Below are positions 15,586 to 27,020 of a stretch of DNA of 64,000 nt, piece by piece. A program made the position numbers and the translations under genes. Under the pieces are notes generated by a model. The model worked only from the letters and a program-made list of their open reading frames with translations, ran no database searches and was not told the origin of the DNA. The DNA is from Escherichia coli (lineage in GTDB: Bacteria; Pseudomonadota; Gammaproteobacteria; Enterobacterales; Enterobacteriaceae), in assembly GCF_050320075.1 (NCBI RefSeq), contig NZ_CP190018.1; one strand, written 5' to 3'. The stretch's first letter is position 1. Each line of letters opens with the position of its first letter.

Positions 15586-17607
15586 TCACGACGCGGCAAT
15601 AAACAGCTCACGCAGCTGATGCAACTGGTCACGAATTTGCGCCGCTTCTTCGAACTCCAGATTCTGCGCGTGTTGCATCATCAACCCTTCCAGTTCATGG
15701 ATCTTCTGCTGCAACGCTTTAGGCGACATATCCATCGGCACATTATCCGGCTCAACAATCGGGCGCGATTTTCCTCTGCCCTTCGCTTTGGTTTTGGCAA
15801 TGTTCTGCCCCAGCGCCAGGATATCGACCACTTTCTTGTTCAAGCCTTGCGGCGTAATGCCGTGTTCCTCGTTGTACTTCTGCTGTTTCTCGCGGCGACG
15901 TTCGGTTTCGCCAATCGCTTTCGCCATTGATGGGGTGATCTTATCGCCGTAGAGAATCGCTTTACCGTTAACGTTACGTGCCGCACGACCAATGGTCTGG
16001 ATCAATGAACGTTCGGAACGCAGGAAGCCTTCTTTGTCAGCGTCGAGGATCGCCACCAGCGACACTTCCGGCATATCCAGACCTTCGCGCAGTAAGTTGA
16101 TCCCTACCAATACGTCGAACTCACCCAGACGCAAGTCGCGGATAATCTCCATACGTTCGACGGTGTCGATATCTGAGTGAAGATAACGCACGCGCTCACC
16201 GTGTTCTTCGAGATATTCAGTGAGATCTTCCGCCATCCGCTTGGTCAGAGTTGTAACCAGTACGCGTTCGTTAATTGCCGCTCGCTGACGAATCTCCGAA
16301 AGAAGATCATCCACCTGTGTTGCTACCGGCCGCACTTCGATAATCGGGTCGAGTAAGCCTGTTGGACGCACCACCTGATCCACCACATCACCACCGGATT
16401 TTTCCAGCTCGTAATTACCCGGCGTCGCCGAAACATAGATGGTTTGCGGCGCTAATGCTTCGAACTCTTCAAATTTCAGCGGACGGTTATCCAGCGCTGA
16501 TGGCAGGCGGAAGCCGTACTCCACCAGAGTCTCTTTACGCGCCCGGTCACCGCGATACATGCCACCAATTTGTGGAATGGTGACGTGAGATTCGTCGACG
16601 ACCAGCAGCCCATCGGCAGGCAGGTAATCAAACAGCGTCGGCGGTGGCTCACCCGGTCCACGACCGGAGAGGAAGCGCGAGTAGTTTTCAATCCCCGAAC
16701 AGTAGCCCAGCTCGTTCATCATCTCCAGATCAAACTGGGTACGCTGGGTCAGCCGCTGCTCTTCCAGCAGTTTGTTGTTTTCCAACAGCACTTTGCGTCT
16801 GGCGGCCAGTTCTTCTTTGATCTCCTCCATCGCCTGTACGATGCGCTCACGTGGCGTGACGTAGTGCGTTTTCGGGTAGATGGTAAAACGTGGAATAGTG
16901 GAAACAATCTGCCCGGTTAGCGGGTCAAATAACGACAATCGTTCCACTTCCTCGTCAAACAGTTCCACGCGAAGTGCAATGTCATCCGATTCTGCCGGGA
17001 AGATATCTATCACCTCACCACGAACGCGGAAAGTACCGCGCTGGAATGCCTGATCATTACGAGCGTATTGCAGCTCCGCCAGTCGGCGCAGGATCGCGCG
17101 CTGATCGATAATCATGCCGACCGTGAGATGGAGCATCATCTTGAGATATAAATCAGGATCGCCCAGACCATAAATCGCGGAAACAGACGCCACCACAACC
17201 ACATCACGCCGCTCCAGCATCGCTTTGGTAGCGGACAAACGCATCTGCTCAATATGTTCGTTTACCGAGGCATCTTTCTCAATGAAGGTGTCGGAACTCG
17301 GTACATAGGCTTCCGGCTGATAGTAGTCGTAGTAGGAGACGAAATATTCCACCGCGTTTTCCGGGAAGAACTCTTTCATTTCGCCGTACAGTTGGGCCGC
17401 CAGCGTTTTGTTGGGCGCCAGTACCATGGTTGGGCGCTGAAGGTCAGCAATGACATTGGCGATGGTGAAGGTTTTCCCGGAGCCAGTTACACCGAGTAAC
17501 GTCTGGTGCGCCAGGCCATCTTCCAGCCCCTCTTCGAGACGTCGAATCGCCTCTGGCTGATCGCCAGAAGGTTTAAAAGCGGAATTCAGTTTGAACGGTT
17601 TACTCAT
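15586..17607 (-). CDS. uvrB: excinuclease ABC subunit B
   Basis: 673 aa, [47 protein letters not shown], helicase motifs. Confidence 0.97.
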
Positions 17608-17682
17608 GAGTCGCTACCTGAAGGAGTTGGGCGGGCAGGTATGTAATTTTACTCGTCGTACTTAATTATGCCAACAAATTAT

Positions 17683-17702
17683 ACTGGATAAAAAAACAGT
17701 TT
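17683..17702. promoter_or_regulatory. LexA (SOS) box of the uvrB promoter
   Basis: tactggataaaaaaacagtt contains CTG-N10-CAG, matching the known uvrB SOS operator, about 80 bp upstream of uvrB. Confidence 0.7.
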
Positions 17703-18003
17703 CTCACCATAATATTTCTGTTACAGCGTAAACTCCGCTGTCAATCATGAGCAAAATTTACTCTGTGGCGAGATAAAACTCCGGCCTTACCGGGTTATCC
17801 CCAAAGCAACGGCTTTTTTAACATTTGTCAAGATGAGTGATGACAGTTTTATGGCAAGAGATGCCTCTTCAGTGACTGCCATTGCAATTATCTAACCAGT
17901 TAAAAAATAAAAGATATTTCTTTGAGCCGTCTTTAACGCCAATTCGCGTGCAAGCCGCGTATTCTCTCGCTTGCCTCGTGTTTTCTAACTCTAATACACA
18001 TGG

Positions 18004-18028
18004 TTATCCACAGGAATAGTGGATAACT
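18004..18028. promoter_or_regulatory. inverted pair of DnaA-box-like 9-mers in the uvrB upstream region
   Basis: ttatccaca (18004-18012) and tggataact (reverse complement agttatcca, 18020-18028). Confidence 0.4.
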
Positions 18029-18185
18029 GTCTGCAGCCCCTATCCCCCGCCGCCTGGGCAATTCCCACATTCACCGCATGATGCGGAGGTAAAATTTTTT
18101 TCGTGATTTTTTTAGAATTTAATTGGTTAAATTGCAGTCAATCGAAGACGCGATCTCGCTCGCAATTTAACCAAGTACAGGATGA

Positions 18186-18863
18186 CTACATTAAGGCAAG
18201 ATTGATGTACTTTCCGGTTGCCGCATTTTCTGGATTTTCTGCAAGCCAGGGAATTTCGCCCAGCAGCGGCGCGGGAATCATGCGGGTGAGCGTGGTCATA
18301 TATTCAGCGTGACGTTTTCCCGGAGGCGTGACATCGTTCGCCACCCAACCCGCCAGAGTCAGTCCGGCGTGTTGTATTGCCTGTGCCGTCAACATCGCGT
18401 GATTAATACAGCCGAGTTTCACACCAACTACCAGTATCACCGGCAGTTGTTCCTGTGTTACCCAATCCGCAAAAGTGAAAGTGTCAGAAAGCGGCGTAAA
18501 CCAGCCGCCAGCACCTTCCACTAACACCCAGTCAGCCTGTTGTTCAAGCGCGCGTAATCCGGCGCTCATTACCAATGATTCTATCGGCCTGCCCTCTTGT
18601 GCGCTGATGATGTGCGGCGAAGTGGGTTCTGCGAAGGTGTAAGGATTTACCGTTGCGTAATCCAGCTGCAGGCTGCTGTTGCGCTGTAACGCCAGCGCGT
18701 CGCTATTACGTAAGCCTTCCGGGGTCTTTTCGCTGCCAGAGGCGACCGGTTTATAACCTGCCGTCCGGTAGCCTACTGCCTTTGCGGCTTGTAAAAGTGC
18801 ACAACTGGCGACGGTTTTCCCCACTTCGGTATCCGTTCCGGTGACAAAATAACGTTTACTCAC
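18186..18863 (-). CDS. bioD: dethiobiotin synthetase
   Basis: 225-aa product from GTG at 18863 ([25 protein letters not shown]), P-loop GTDTEVGKT. Confidence 0.93.
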   Translation of the reverse strand: MSKRYFVTGTDTEVGKTVASCALLQAAKAVGYRTAGYKPVASGSEKTPEGLRNSDALALQRNSSLQLDYATVNPYTFAEPTSPHIISAQEGRPIESLVMSAGLRALEQQADWVLVEGAGGWFTPLSDTFTFADWVTQEQLPVILVVGVKLGCINHAMLTAQAIQHAGLTLAGWVANDVTPPGKRHAEYMTTLTRMIPAPLLGEIPWLAENPENAATGKYINLALM

Positions 18864-19611
18864 GAGCAATCACTCCCAAAAAAAGATGATACGTCAGAGG
18901 ATATCGCCCCTGTTTTTGTGGCCAGGCCAGTTGCAATCGCTGCAACTGCGAACGCGTTAATATCCGCGGGTCGCGCCCTTCATGAAGATGCGTGGCACCG
19001 ATGCCTTTCAGCGAACGCATGGCACTGAGCGCATCATCAAACCACAGCGTGATGGGCTGAATATGATGTTGATAATGCACGCCGTTCAGTGACTGTTCGA
19101 TTTCATCTGGCGGTAAAAAGCGATTAGCATGCGGACGCTCGTCCACCGCCTGCCACGCCTGATGCAGTTCGGGTAACGATCCCTGCACCAGCGTGGTAAA
19201 CGCGACCACGCCTCCGGGGCGCACCACCCGATACAGCTCGCGGAGTGCCGTGGATAAATTACCGCACCACTGCACCGCGAGATTGCTCCATGCAAGATCG
19301 AAGGTTGCAGTCGCTAACGGCAGGGATTCGATATCTCCCGCCAGATAATGGTCTGCGGCATCCTTCTGGCGTGCCTGAACAAGCATTGGCGGCGAGAGAT
19401 CTAACGCCGTCACCTGCGCGTGACGTTCCCGCCAATGACGGCTCATCCAGCCAGGTCCACAACCCGCATCCAGTACGTGGGTGTATTTACGCTGTGGGAG
19501 CATTGCCAGTAAGACGTCAGCACTCTGGCGCTGTAGATCCGCATGTTGCTCATAGTGCGCGGCTGCCCGACCAAATGCCGCTGCAATGGCTTGTTTATTA
19601 ACCGTTGTCAT
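18856..19611 (-). CDS. bioC: malonyl-ACP O-methyltransferase
   Basis: 251-aa product from [27 protein letters not shown]-binding LDAGCGPG. Confidence 0.93.
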   Translation of the reverse strand: MTTVNKQAIAAAFGRAAAHYEQHADLQRQSADVLLAMLPQRKYTHVLDAGCGPGWMSRHWRERHAQVTALDLSPPMLVQARQKDAADHYLAGDIESLPLATATFDLAWSNLAVQWCGNLSTALRELYRVVRPGGVVAFTTLVQGSLPELHQAWQAVDERPHANRFLPPDEIEQSLNGVHYQHHIQPITLWFDDALSAMRSLKGIGATHLHEGRDPRILTRSQLQRLQLAWPQKQGRYPLTYHLFLGVIARE

Positions 19612-20752
19612 GCAGCACCTCCAGCAGACTATCGATATCCTGCATTTCATGCGCTGCGGTTAGCGTTAAGCGCAGTCGCGCAGTACCAGCGGGTACGGTT
19701 GGCGGGCGAATCGCCGTGACCCAGCAACCTTGCTGGCGCAGTTTTTCTGCCAGTTGTAACGCACGGCTGTTATCACCGACGATCAATGGCTGGATGGCGC
19801 TCCATGAATCAGCAAGCGTAAACGGCAAATCCTGCACTCCGGCACGAAAACGCGTAATGAGTGCCGCCAGTTTTTCGCGCCGTGCATCACCCTCATCACT
19901 GCGAATGACCGCCAGCGACGCACGTAATGCCTGCGCCTGAGCGGGCGGCATACTGGTGCTGTAGATAAGATGGCGGGCGAATTGCAGCAGATAATCCGCC
20001 ACCGTATTGGAGCAAAGCACCGCTGCCCCGCTGACGCCAAATCCTTTGCCAAAAGTCACCACCAGCAATTCTGGTTTTACCTTTTGCAGCCAGCAGCTGC
20101 CACGCCCCTGCTCCCCGATAACGCCCGTGCCGTGGGCGTCATCGACCATCAACCAGCCATCGTGCTGTTGCGTTACCTGCTGGATTTCCTCCAGTGGCGC
20201 ACTATCGCCGTCCATGCTGAACACGCCTTCTGTCACTACCAGTTGCTGCCCCGGACAGGGGGAAGCAAGCAGTCGCGCCAGATGAGTGACATCGTTATGA
20301 GCAAAACGGCGAAGCGGCGACGGGCTTAAACTTGCAGCCTCCAGCAATGAGGCATGGCTAAGCCGGTCGGCAACAATACGGTCCTCTTTCGCCATCATCG
20401 CGGTAATAACTGCCTGGTTAGCGGCAAAACCAGAGATAAACAGCAGTGCCCGCGAATAGCCCAGCCACTCGGCCAGTTCTTCTTCCAGCGCCTGATGCGC
20501 CACGCTATAACCGCTGACGTGACCGGAGCCGCCGCTACCGACGCCAAATTGCTCCGCACTCAGCTTCCAGGCACGGATAATTTGCGGATGATGGCTTAAA
20601 CCTAAATAATCGTTACTGGAAAAGTTCAGATACTGGCGATCGTCCGCCACCAGCCAGCGTCCGGCTCCTTGCGCCACTGGATAACGGCGACGCAGGGCAT
20701 CGGCAGCACGCCGCGCATCGAGCGCCGCGTTGATTTTCTCCTGCCAGCTCAT
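19598..20752 (-). CDS. bioF: 8-amino-7-oxononanoate synthase
   Basis: 384 aa, [29 protein letters not shown]-dependent aminotransferase fold. Confidence 0.95.
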   Translation of the reverse strand: MSWQEKINAALDARRAADALRRRYPVAQGAGRWLVADDRQYLNFSSNDYLGLSHHPQIIRAWKLSAEQFGVGSGGSGHVSGYSVAHQALEEELAEWLGYSRALLFISGFAANQAVITAMMAKEDRIVADRLSHASLLEAASLSPSPLRRFAHNDVTHLARLLASPCPGQQLVVTEGVFSMDGDSAPLEEIQQVTQQHDGWLMVDDAHGTGVIGEQGRGSCWLQKVKPELLVVTFGKGFGVSGAAVLCSNTVADYLLQFARHLIYSTSMPPAQAQALRASLAVIRSDEGDARREKLAALITRFRAGVQDLPFTLADSWSAIQPLIVGDNSRALQLAEKLRQQGCWVTAIRPPTVPAGTARLRLTLTAAHEMQDIDSLLEVLHDNG

Positions 20753-21789
20753 AGTGCTGCCGCGTTGTAATATTCGTCAGTGTCCGGGGTCATCAGCGCC
20801 TGCTCCAGACGCTGCTGTTGTTCGTTATCGCCCGCCAGCACGGCAGTTTGCTGCGGATTTAGCCCCAGTTTGCGGAACAGTTGCAGGTCTTTATCTTCTT
20901 CCGGATTCGGCGTGGTCAGCAGTTTGCAACCGTAGAAAATCGAGTTTGCGCCAGCCATAAAGCACATCGCCTGAGTCTGTTCGTTCATCTGCTCGCGTCC
21001 GGCAGAAAGGCGTACGTAAGAGGTCGGCATCATGATCCGCGCAACTGCAATGGTGCGAATAAAATCAAAGGCATCGACATCATCGTTATCAGCAAGCGGC
21101 GTGCCTTTCACCTTCACCAGCATGTTGATTGGTACGCTTTCCGGCGGCGTTGGCAGGTTTGCCAGTTGCAGCAATAATCCGGCGCGATCTTTTACTGTTT
21201 CGCCTAAGCCCACAATGCCGCCCGAGCAGACTTTGATCCCGGCGTCGCGCACTTTTTCCAGCGTATCGAGGCGTTCCTGATAGGTACGCGTGGTGATGAT
21301 ATTGCCGTAAAACTCCGGCGAGGTGTCGAGGTTGTGGTTGTAGTAATCCAGCCCGGCGTTCGCAAGGCGCTGCGCCTGAGATTCACTCAACGTACCCAGC
21401 GTCATACACGCCTCCAGCCCCATCGCTTTTACTCCCTGCACCATTTGTTCCAGGTAGGGCATATCGCGTTCGTGGGGATTCTTCCACGCCGCGCCCATGC
21501 AGAAGCGCGTCGATCCTGCCGCTTTCGCTTTGCGCGCCGACTCCAGCACCTGTTCAACTTCCATCAACCGCTCGGCTTCCAGCCCGGTTTTGTAGCGCGA
21601 GCTTTGCGGGCAGTATTTGCAATCTTCCGGACAAGCTCCGGTCTTAATCGACAGCAAAGTGCTGACCTGCACCTGACGTGGATCGAAATGCTGACGATGC
21701 ACCTGCTGCGCTTCAAACAGCAGATCCAGCAACGGTTTTTCAAATAATTCTGTGACTTGCGACAATGTCCAGCGTGGGCGGTGAGCCAT
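20749..21789 (-). CDS. bioB: biotin synthase (radical SAM)
   Basis: 346 aa, [46 protein letters not shown] cluster motif. Confidence 0.96.
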   Translation of the reverse strand: MAHRPRWTLSQVTELFEKPLLDLLFEAQQVHRQHFDPRQVQVSTLLSIKTGACPEDCKYCPQSSRYKTGLEAERLMEVEQVLESARKAKAAGSTRFCMGAAWKNPHERDMPYLEQMVQGVKAMGLEACMTLGTLSESQAQRLANAGLDYYNHNLDTSPEFYGNIITTRTYQERLDTLEKVRDAGIKVCSGGIVGLGETVKDRAGLLLQLANLPTPPESVPINMLVKVKGTPLADNDDVDAFDFIRTIAVARIMMPTSYVRLSAGREQMNEQTQAMCFMAGANSIFYGCKLLTTPNPEEDKDLQLFRKLGLNPQQTAVLAGDNEQQQRLEQALMTPDTDEYYNAAAL

Positions 21790-21829
21790 AGGGCTTCTCC
21801 AAAACGTGTTTTTTGTTGTTAATTCGGTG

Positions 21830-21870
21830 TAGACTCGTAAACCTAAATCTTTTCAATTTGGTTTACAAGT
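21830..21870. promoter_or_regulatory. bio operator (BirA-binding palindrome) with divergent bioA/bioBFCD promoters
   Basis: cgtaaacctaaatcttttcaatttggtttacaag is the near-perfect bioO palindrome, between bioB start (21789) and bioA start (21876). Confidence 0.8.
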
Positions 21871-21875
21871 CGATT

Positions 21876-23165
21876 ATGACAACGGACGATCTTGCCTTTG
21901 ACCAACGCCATATCTGGCACCCATACACATCCATGACCTCCCCGCTACCGGTTTATCCAGTGGCGAGCGCCGAGGGTTGCGAGCTAATTTTGTCTGACGG
22001 CAGACGCCTTGTTGACGGTATGTCGTCCTGGTGGGCGGCGATCCACGGTTACAATCACCCGCAGCTTAATGCGGCGATGAAATCGCAAATTGATGCTATG
22101 TCGCATGTGATGTTTGGCGGTATCACCCATGCGCCCGCCATTGAGCTGTGCCGCAAATTGGTGGCAATGACGCCGCAACCGCTGGAGTGCGTTTTTCTCG
22201 CGGACTCCGGCTCCGTAGCGGTAGAAGTGGCGATGAAAATGGCGTTGCAGTACTGGCAGGCCAAAGGCGAAGCGCGCCAGCGTTTTCTGACCTTCCGCAA
22301 TGGTTATCATGGCGATACCTTTGGCGCGATGTCGGTGTGCGATCCGGACAACTCAATGCACAGCCTGTGGAAAGGCTATCTGCCAGAAAACTTGTTTGCT
22401 CCCGCCCCGCAAAGCCGCCTGGATGGTGAATGGGATGAACGCGATATGGTGGGCTTTGCCCGCCTGATGGCGGCGCATCGTCATGAAATCGCCGCAGTGA
22501 TCATTGAACCGATTGTCCAGGGCGCAGGCGGGATGCGCATCTACCATCCGGAATGGTTAAAACGAATCCGCAAAATGTGCGATCGCGAAGGTATCTTGCT
22601 GATTGCCGACGAGATCGCCACCGGATTTGGTCGTACCGGCAAACTGTTTGCCTGTGAACATGCAGAAATCGCGCCGGATATTTTGTGTCTCGGTAAAGCC
22701 TTAACCGGCGGCACAATGACCCTTTCCGCCACGCTCACCACGCGCGAGGTTGCGGAAACCATCAGTAACGGCGAAGCCGGCTGCTTTATGCATGGGCCAA
22801 CTTTTATGGGCAATCCGCTGGCCTGCGCAGCAGCAAACGCCAGCCTGGCGATTCTCGAATCTGGCGACTGGCAGCATCAGGTGGCGGCTATTGAAGGGCA
22901 GCTACGCGAGCAACTTGCCCCCGCCTGTGACGCCGAAATGGTTGCCGATGTGCGCGTACTGGGGGCAATCGGCGTGGTCGAAACCACTCGTCCGGTGAAT
23001 ATGGCAGCGCTGCAAAAATTCTTTGTCGAACAGGGTGTCTGGATCCGGCCTTTTGGCAAACTGATTTACCTGATGCCGCCCTATATTATTCTCCCGCAAC
23101 AGTTGCAGCGTCTGACCGCAGCGGTTAATCGTGCGGTGCAGGATGAAACATTTTTTTGCCAATAA
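21876..23165 (+). CDS. bioA: adenosylmethionine-8-amino-7-oxononanoate aminotransferase
   Basis: ORF 21813..23165; 429-aa product from [23 protein letters not shown]. Confidence 0.95.
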   Translation: MTTDDLAFDQRHIWHPYTSMTSPLPVYPVASAEGCELILSDGRRLVDGMSSWWAAIHGYNHPQLNAAMKSQIDAMSHVMFGGITHAPAIELCRKLVAMTPQPLECVFLADSGSVAVEVAMKMALQYWQAKGEARQRFLTFRNGYHGDTFGAMSVCDPDNSMHSLWKGYLPENLFAPAPQSRLDGEWDERDMVGFARLMAAHRHEIAAVIIEPIVQGAGGMRIYHPEWLKRIRKMCDREGILLIADEIATGFGRTGKLFACEHAEIAPDILCLGKALTGGTMTLSATLTTREVAETISNGEAGCFMHGPTFMGNPLACAAANASLAILESGDWQHQVAAIEGQLREQLAPACDAEMVADVRVLGAIGVVETTRPVNMAALQKFFVEQGVWIRPFGKLIYLMPPYIILPQQLQRLTAAVNRAVQDETFFCQ

Positions 23166-23223
23166 CGGGAAGTTAGCGTGAGGGTTTCTGGCTACACTTT
23201 CTGCAAACAAGAAAGGAGGGCTC

Positions 23224-23700
23224 ATGAAACTCATCAGTAATGATTTACGCGATGGCGATAAGCTGCCGCATCGTCATGTCTTTAACGGCATGGGTTACGA
23301 TGGCGATAATATTTCACCGCATCTGGCGTGGGATGATGTTCCTGTGGGAACGAAAAGTTTTGTTGTCACCTGCTACGACCCGGATGCGCCAACTGGCTCC
23401 GGCTGGTGGCACTGGGTAGTTGTTAATTTACCCGCGGATACCCGCGTATTACCGCAAGGGTTTGGCTCTGGTCTGGTAGCAATGCCAGACGGCGTTTTGC
23501 AGACGCGTACCGACTTTGGTAAAACCGGATACGATGGCGCAGCGCCGCCGAAAGGCGAAACCCATCGCTACATTTTTACCGTTCACGCGCTGGATGTAGA
23601 ACGTATTGATGTCGATGAAGGTGCCAGCGGCGCGATGGTCGGGTTTAACGTTCATTTTCACTCTCTGGCGAGAGCCTCGATTACTGCGATGTTTAGTTAA
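23224..23700 (+). CDS. ybhB: PEBP/YbhB-family protein (kinase-inhibitor homolog)
   Basis: 158 aa, MKLISNDLRDGDKLPHRHVFNGMGYDGDNISPHLAWDDVP; last host gene before att-lambda. Confidence 0.93.
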   Translation: MKLISNDLRDGDKLPHRHVFNGMGYDGDNISPHLAWDDVPVGTKSFVVTCYDPDAPTGSGWWHWVVVNLPADTRVLPQGFGSGLVAMPDGVLQTRTDFGKTGYDGAAPPKGETHRYIFTVHALDVERIDVDEGASGAMVGFNVHFHSLARASITAMFS

Positions 23701-23790
23701 TCACTCTGCCAGATGGCGCAATGCCATCTGGTATCACTTAAAGGTATTAAAAACAACTTTTTGTCTTTTTACCTTCCCGTTTCGCTCAAG

Positions 23791-23805
23791 TTAGTATAAA
23801 AAAGC
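23791..23805. other. lambda att core (O) at the attR junction (host B' arm / core / phage P arm)
   Basis: ttagtataaaaaagc is the reverse complement of the 15-bp core GCTTTTTTATACTAA; left flank cgctcaag matches attB. Confidence 0.9.
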
Positions 23806-23960
23806 TGAACGAGAAACGTAAAATGATATAAATATCAATATATTAAATTAGATTTTGCATAAAAAACAGACTACATAATACTGTAAAACACAACATATGC
23901 AGTCACTATGAATCAACTACTTAGATGGTATTAGTGACCTGTAACAGAGCATTAGCGCAA
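23806..23960. promoter_or_regulatory. lambda attP P arm (Int arm-type, IHF, Xis/Fis site region) as part of attR
   Basis: Reverse complement reads ...CTGTTACAGGTCACTAATACCATCTAAGTAGTTGATTCATAGTGACTGCATATGTTGTGTTTTACAGTATTATGTAGTCTGTTTTTTATGCAAAATCTAATTTAATATATTGATATTTATATCATTTTACGTTTCTCGTTCAGC, matching the lambda P arm from memory. Confidence 0.85.
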
Positions 23961-24510
23961 GGTGATTTTTGTCTTCTTGCGCTAATTTTTTGTCATCAAA
24001 CCTGTCGCACTCCAGAGAAGCACAAAGCCTCGCAATCCAGTGCAAAGCTTTGTGTGCCACCCACTACGGCCCGCATAACCAGTAAGAAGATAGCAGTGAT
24101 GTCAAACGACGCAGCAGTCTTCTTTTCTTTCACACTTTCCCCCACCCAGCATACATACCTTTCTGCCACAGCTGAAATGAATGTCTATTATGAGCAAGGA
24201 GAGGAAATTCGTAATTGTCATCATCAATGGCGATTTGCTGGTACTATCTGTGTTAAGTAATAGGAAAACAAGTAACTGGAGAAAGATTTGATTTACACAC
24301 TATTATAGCAGTTAATAGTTTAAGCTATTGACACTTTAACTATTTTGCATAAAGTTAAACATAACAACCCCATAAATTGATAATGCAAGAGAGTACTGAA
24401 CTAAGTATTTTAGCTCTACCATATTGCCCAGGCAGTATAATATATGATACATTAAAAAATTAGATTTAATTTACTTAAACATCCTAATCACACTAAGAAT
24501 GAAGAAATAA

Positions 24511-25389
24511 ATGCTGTTTAAATATTGTCCTATTAATGAGTATTCAATTAAATCTCTAGTGGAAAACAAACTATATCTTAATCATCTCAACATGATGAAT
24601 GACAGTGCTGAAGGTTTTTGTAAGATAATAAGTGGTTTCCCAGATTATAATGAAAAAACTGAGAGATATGATTTGATAATAAAAACATGGTGTGGAGAGT
24701 CTGGCTGGCTACCTTCTGAATATGAATATAACGAATATATTGATTCAATGAGAGAACTGGAACCAAATGTCCCGCAATTGCTGGACTCTGCAAGGATATC
24801 ATGCTTTACGAATACGGCGTTAAACCCTACAATGTGGGCTCATTATGCTAACAACAGAACAGGTATATGTATAGAATTCGATCAAGACAAAATAAGAGAA
24901 CTAGAGGATATCTATATCTTTGACGTCAAATATAAAGATCGCCCTCCGACTATTGATACTGCAGTACTAACATTAATAGCTGATCAGGTGAACTATAATC
25001 ATGATGCAATTTATGATGATTATCAAGAAAAGTTCAAACATCTTTATGAACAAGCATTTGACGAGGGAAGAAATTTGCTTTTGGAAATTTACAATGGAAT
25101 ATTGGCAACTAAATCTCAAGAATGGTCTTATGAACAAGAAAAACGGCTAATATATATTTTATCCTTCTCACAAGAAGACAAATTGGCAAAAAAATATAAA
25201 ACTGGCATAAACATATCACTCCCTGAAGGATGCATTAAAAGTGTTATCCTAGGTGAGAAGACAAGTGAGCATGATAAAAAACTTATAGTTTCAGCTATAA
25301 AAAAACATTCTAAACACATTAAGTTGAAGAGAGCTACAATAACACAAGGCGAATATTTATTATCTATTCGTGATGAAGTTTTTAGCTGA
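24511..25389 (+). CDS. hypothetical protein, DUF2971-like (cargo of the b-region slot)
   Basis: 292-aa ORF in roughly 30% GC DNA; N-terminus MLFKYCPINEYSIKSLVENKLYL...NDSAEGF and central NPTMWAHYANNRTGICIEFD resemble DUF2971 signatures as I remember them. Confidence 0.6.
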   Translation: MLFKYCPINEYSIKSLVENKLYLNHLNMMNDSAEGFCKIISGFPDYNEKTERYDLIIKTWCGESGWLPSEYEYNEYIDSMRELEPNVPQLLDSARISCFTNTALNPTMWAHYANNRTGICIEFDQDKIRELEDIYIFDVKYKDRPPTIDTAVLTLIADQVNYNHDAIYDDYQEKFKHLYEQAFDEGRNLLLEIYNGILATKSQEWSYEQEKRLIYILSFSQEDKLAKKYKTGINISLPEGCIKSVILGEKTSEHDKKLIVSAIKKHSKHIKLKRATITQGEYLLSIRDEVFS

Positions 25390-25678
25390 TGGTATTATAA
25401 TCGAACAGATATTTTCTCCTAAGCGTTGCATTTATCCCACGGTAACATATTCATACTCAAATATCCTGCGACATGGAAGATTTGAGTATGGTTGTTCTTC
25501 ATGAGCGAAAAGCAGATGTTCGCGCTAAGGTATAATCAATTGGTTGTTAAATAGTTTAAACACAAGCAATGACTAATAAAACAATGCCACAAACCTTATT
25601 ATTTCTAAACTAGCATTTAGCTTTCAGACAATTTATTGATTGTTAATACATATTTTTAATATTTAATTATCATTTATT

Positions 25679-25689
25679 CCCCCCCCCCC
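25679..25689. repeat. homopolymeric C11 tract (possible slipped-strand or phase-variable site)
   Basis: tt-ccccccccccc-tcatg, in the intergenic region about 245 bp upstream of ORF 25935. Confidence 0.8.
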
Positions 25690-25934
25690 TCATGCTTATC
25701 AAATACTTCACAACAACGGAATTTTAATCCACATTTGTTATCTGTCTCTATCAGATTCATCCATACCCCCCTCCATTATTATTTAATTTCCAGATAAAAA
25801 TCTTCATCCTGTTATACATATAAAAAAGTGCAATATTTAAATAATGATAACAAATTATTGATTTTGCTCACATAAATTTTATTGACAAGATGATAAGCTG
25901 ATATCTACACATTGTATTTTCTCAAGAGGAATTT

Positions 25935-26348
25935 ATGGCTGACATTGTCACTGGTTTGACCGCACTCAAAACCGCCTTTGATTTAGCAAAAGATATAAAA
26001 AATGCCACTGGCGCATACAATGATGCAGAAATGAGGCTTAAGTTTAGTGAGCTTTATAGCGCGCTATCTGAAGCCAAAATAGAACTGGCTGATACACAGC
26101 TAGAAATGTATGAACTAAAGCTGAAGATCGAAGAGTTGCAAGCTAAGCTTGATGCATCGGACGAGCTTGAATATAGGGAAAACGTATACTGGAGGGCCTC
26201 ACCTATCAATGGCAAACCAAACGGTCCTTTTTGCCCAAGATGTTATGAAAGTTCAGAGAAGAAGCTATCTTCAATGAGTCAAGTAACGGGGCATGCAACT
26301 ATTGCTGGAAAATACAAATGTAATACTTGTAACGCCTACGTTAGATAA
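25935..26348 (+). CDS. hypothetical coiled-coil protein with C-terminal four-cysteine zinc-ribbon-like motif
   Basis: 137 aa; N-terminal heptad-rich helix (LSEAKIELADTQLEMYELKLKIEELQAKLDA), C-terminal CPRC...(23 aa)...CNTC; AT-rich; preceded by aagaggaa RBS-like sequence. Confidence 0.55.
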   Translation: MADIVTGLTALKTAFDLAKDIKNATGAYNDAEMRLKFSELYSALSEAKIELADTQLEMYELKLKIEELQAKLDASDELEYRENVYWRASPINGKPNGPFCPRCYESSEKKLSSMSQVTGHATIAGKYKCNTCNAYVR

Positions 26349-26684
26349 AAAGCCGTTATGGGGCTGGGACGGAGGCTCAAATCCTCTCGTGCAAAAATTC
26401 AGCTAAAACTTTTGTTCAGGAGACTCTGAAAGATACCAAGAAGTCTGCTGACGAGTGGTTTATTTACTAATTAGCACGTAAAATCTATTATGGCTGGAAA
26501 TCATTCAATACTCGTACTATCGAAAGTTCGCCAGCCGACAGCAAAACGCTATTGCATGGCAGGGATTGCAGGCCTCTCGATATTCGGTGCTAAGGATGTA
26601 TCAACACGGTTCAGCAGAACCCGATGCGTCTTCAAAACCGCAGCAACGATATCTCTTCCTCCGTTCCATTTACAGCCACCTTTT

Positions 26685-26993
26685 TCACCCTCGATTAACC
26701 AACAACCAGACCAGAAGACACGCTACCACCGGCACAGCAAAATCCATCAGGCTTGCCATATCCCACGCGCGTGGGTCAAAACCGCCCCACCACGGCATAT
26801 TCATTCGCTTGCCATGCCCGAACATTTCGATCCAGCGATATTCTGCCTGGGTGTGTTCACGCGCAATGAAGAACGTACAACCGGCTATCGCCCCGTAAGC
26901 CCAGTTCCCGGTAAAAAGACCAATCAGTAGCTGCGCAGCCACAGCACAAAGCGCATGAAGGAAAGGTGTTATATCCATTTTCATCCCACCCAA
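26685..26993 (-). CDS. hypothetical small membrane protein
   Basis: 102-aa ORF with two hydrophobic segments, immediately downstream of the tail-fibre genes on the late strand. Confidence 0.45.
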   Translation of the reverse strand: MGGMKMDITPFLHALCAVAAQLLIGLFTGNWAYGAIAGCTFFIAREHTQAEYRWIEMFGHGKRMNMPWWGGFDPRAWDMASLMDFAVPVVACLLVWLLVNRG

Positions 26994-27020
26994 TAAAACG
27001 GGGCGCTCGGCCCCTTAATA

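Noticed and set aside
17608-18185. Possible gene in the 578-bp uvrB-bioD intergenic region (ORF 18103..18312 and others)
   Set aside because: This is the known uvrB promoter region with LexA and DnaA boxes; the listed ORFs overlap bioD or lack start signals.
23925-24260. 111-aa + strand ORF beginning inside the attP P arm
   Set aside because: Starts within the recombination-site DNA and has no RBS or recognisable protein features; likely noncoding b-region DNA.
26490-26930. 146-aa and 110-aa + strand ORFs opposite the small membrane-protein gene
   Set aside because: Overlap the minus-strand 102-aa ORF, which has the more protein-like sequence; neither assignment is certain.
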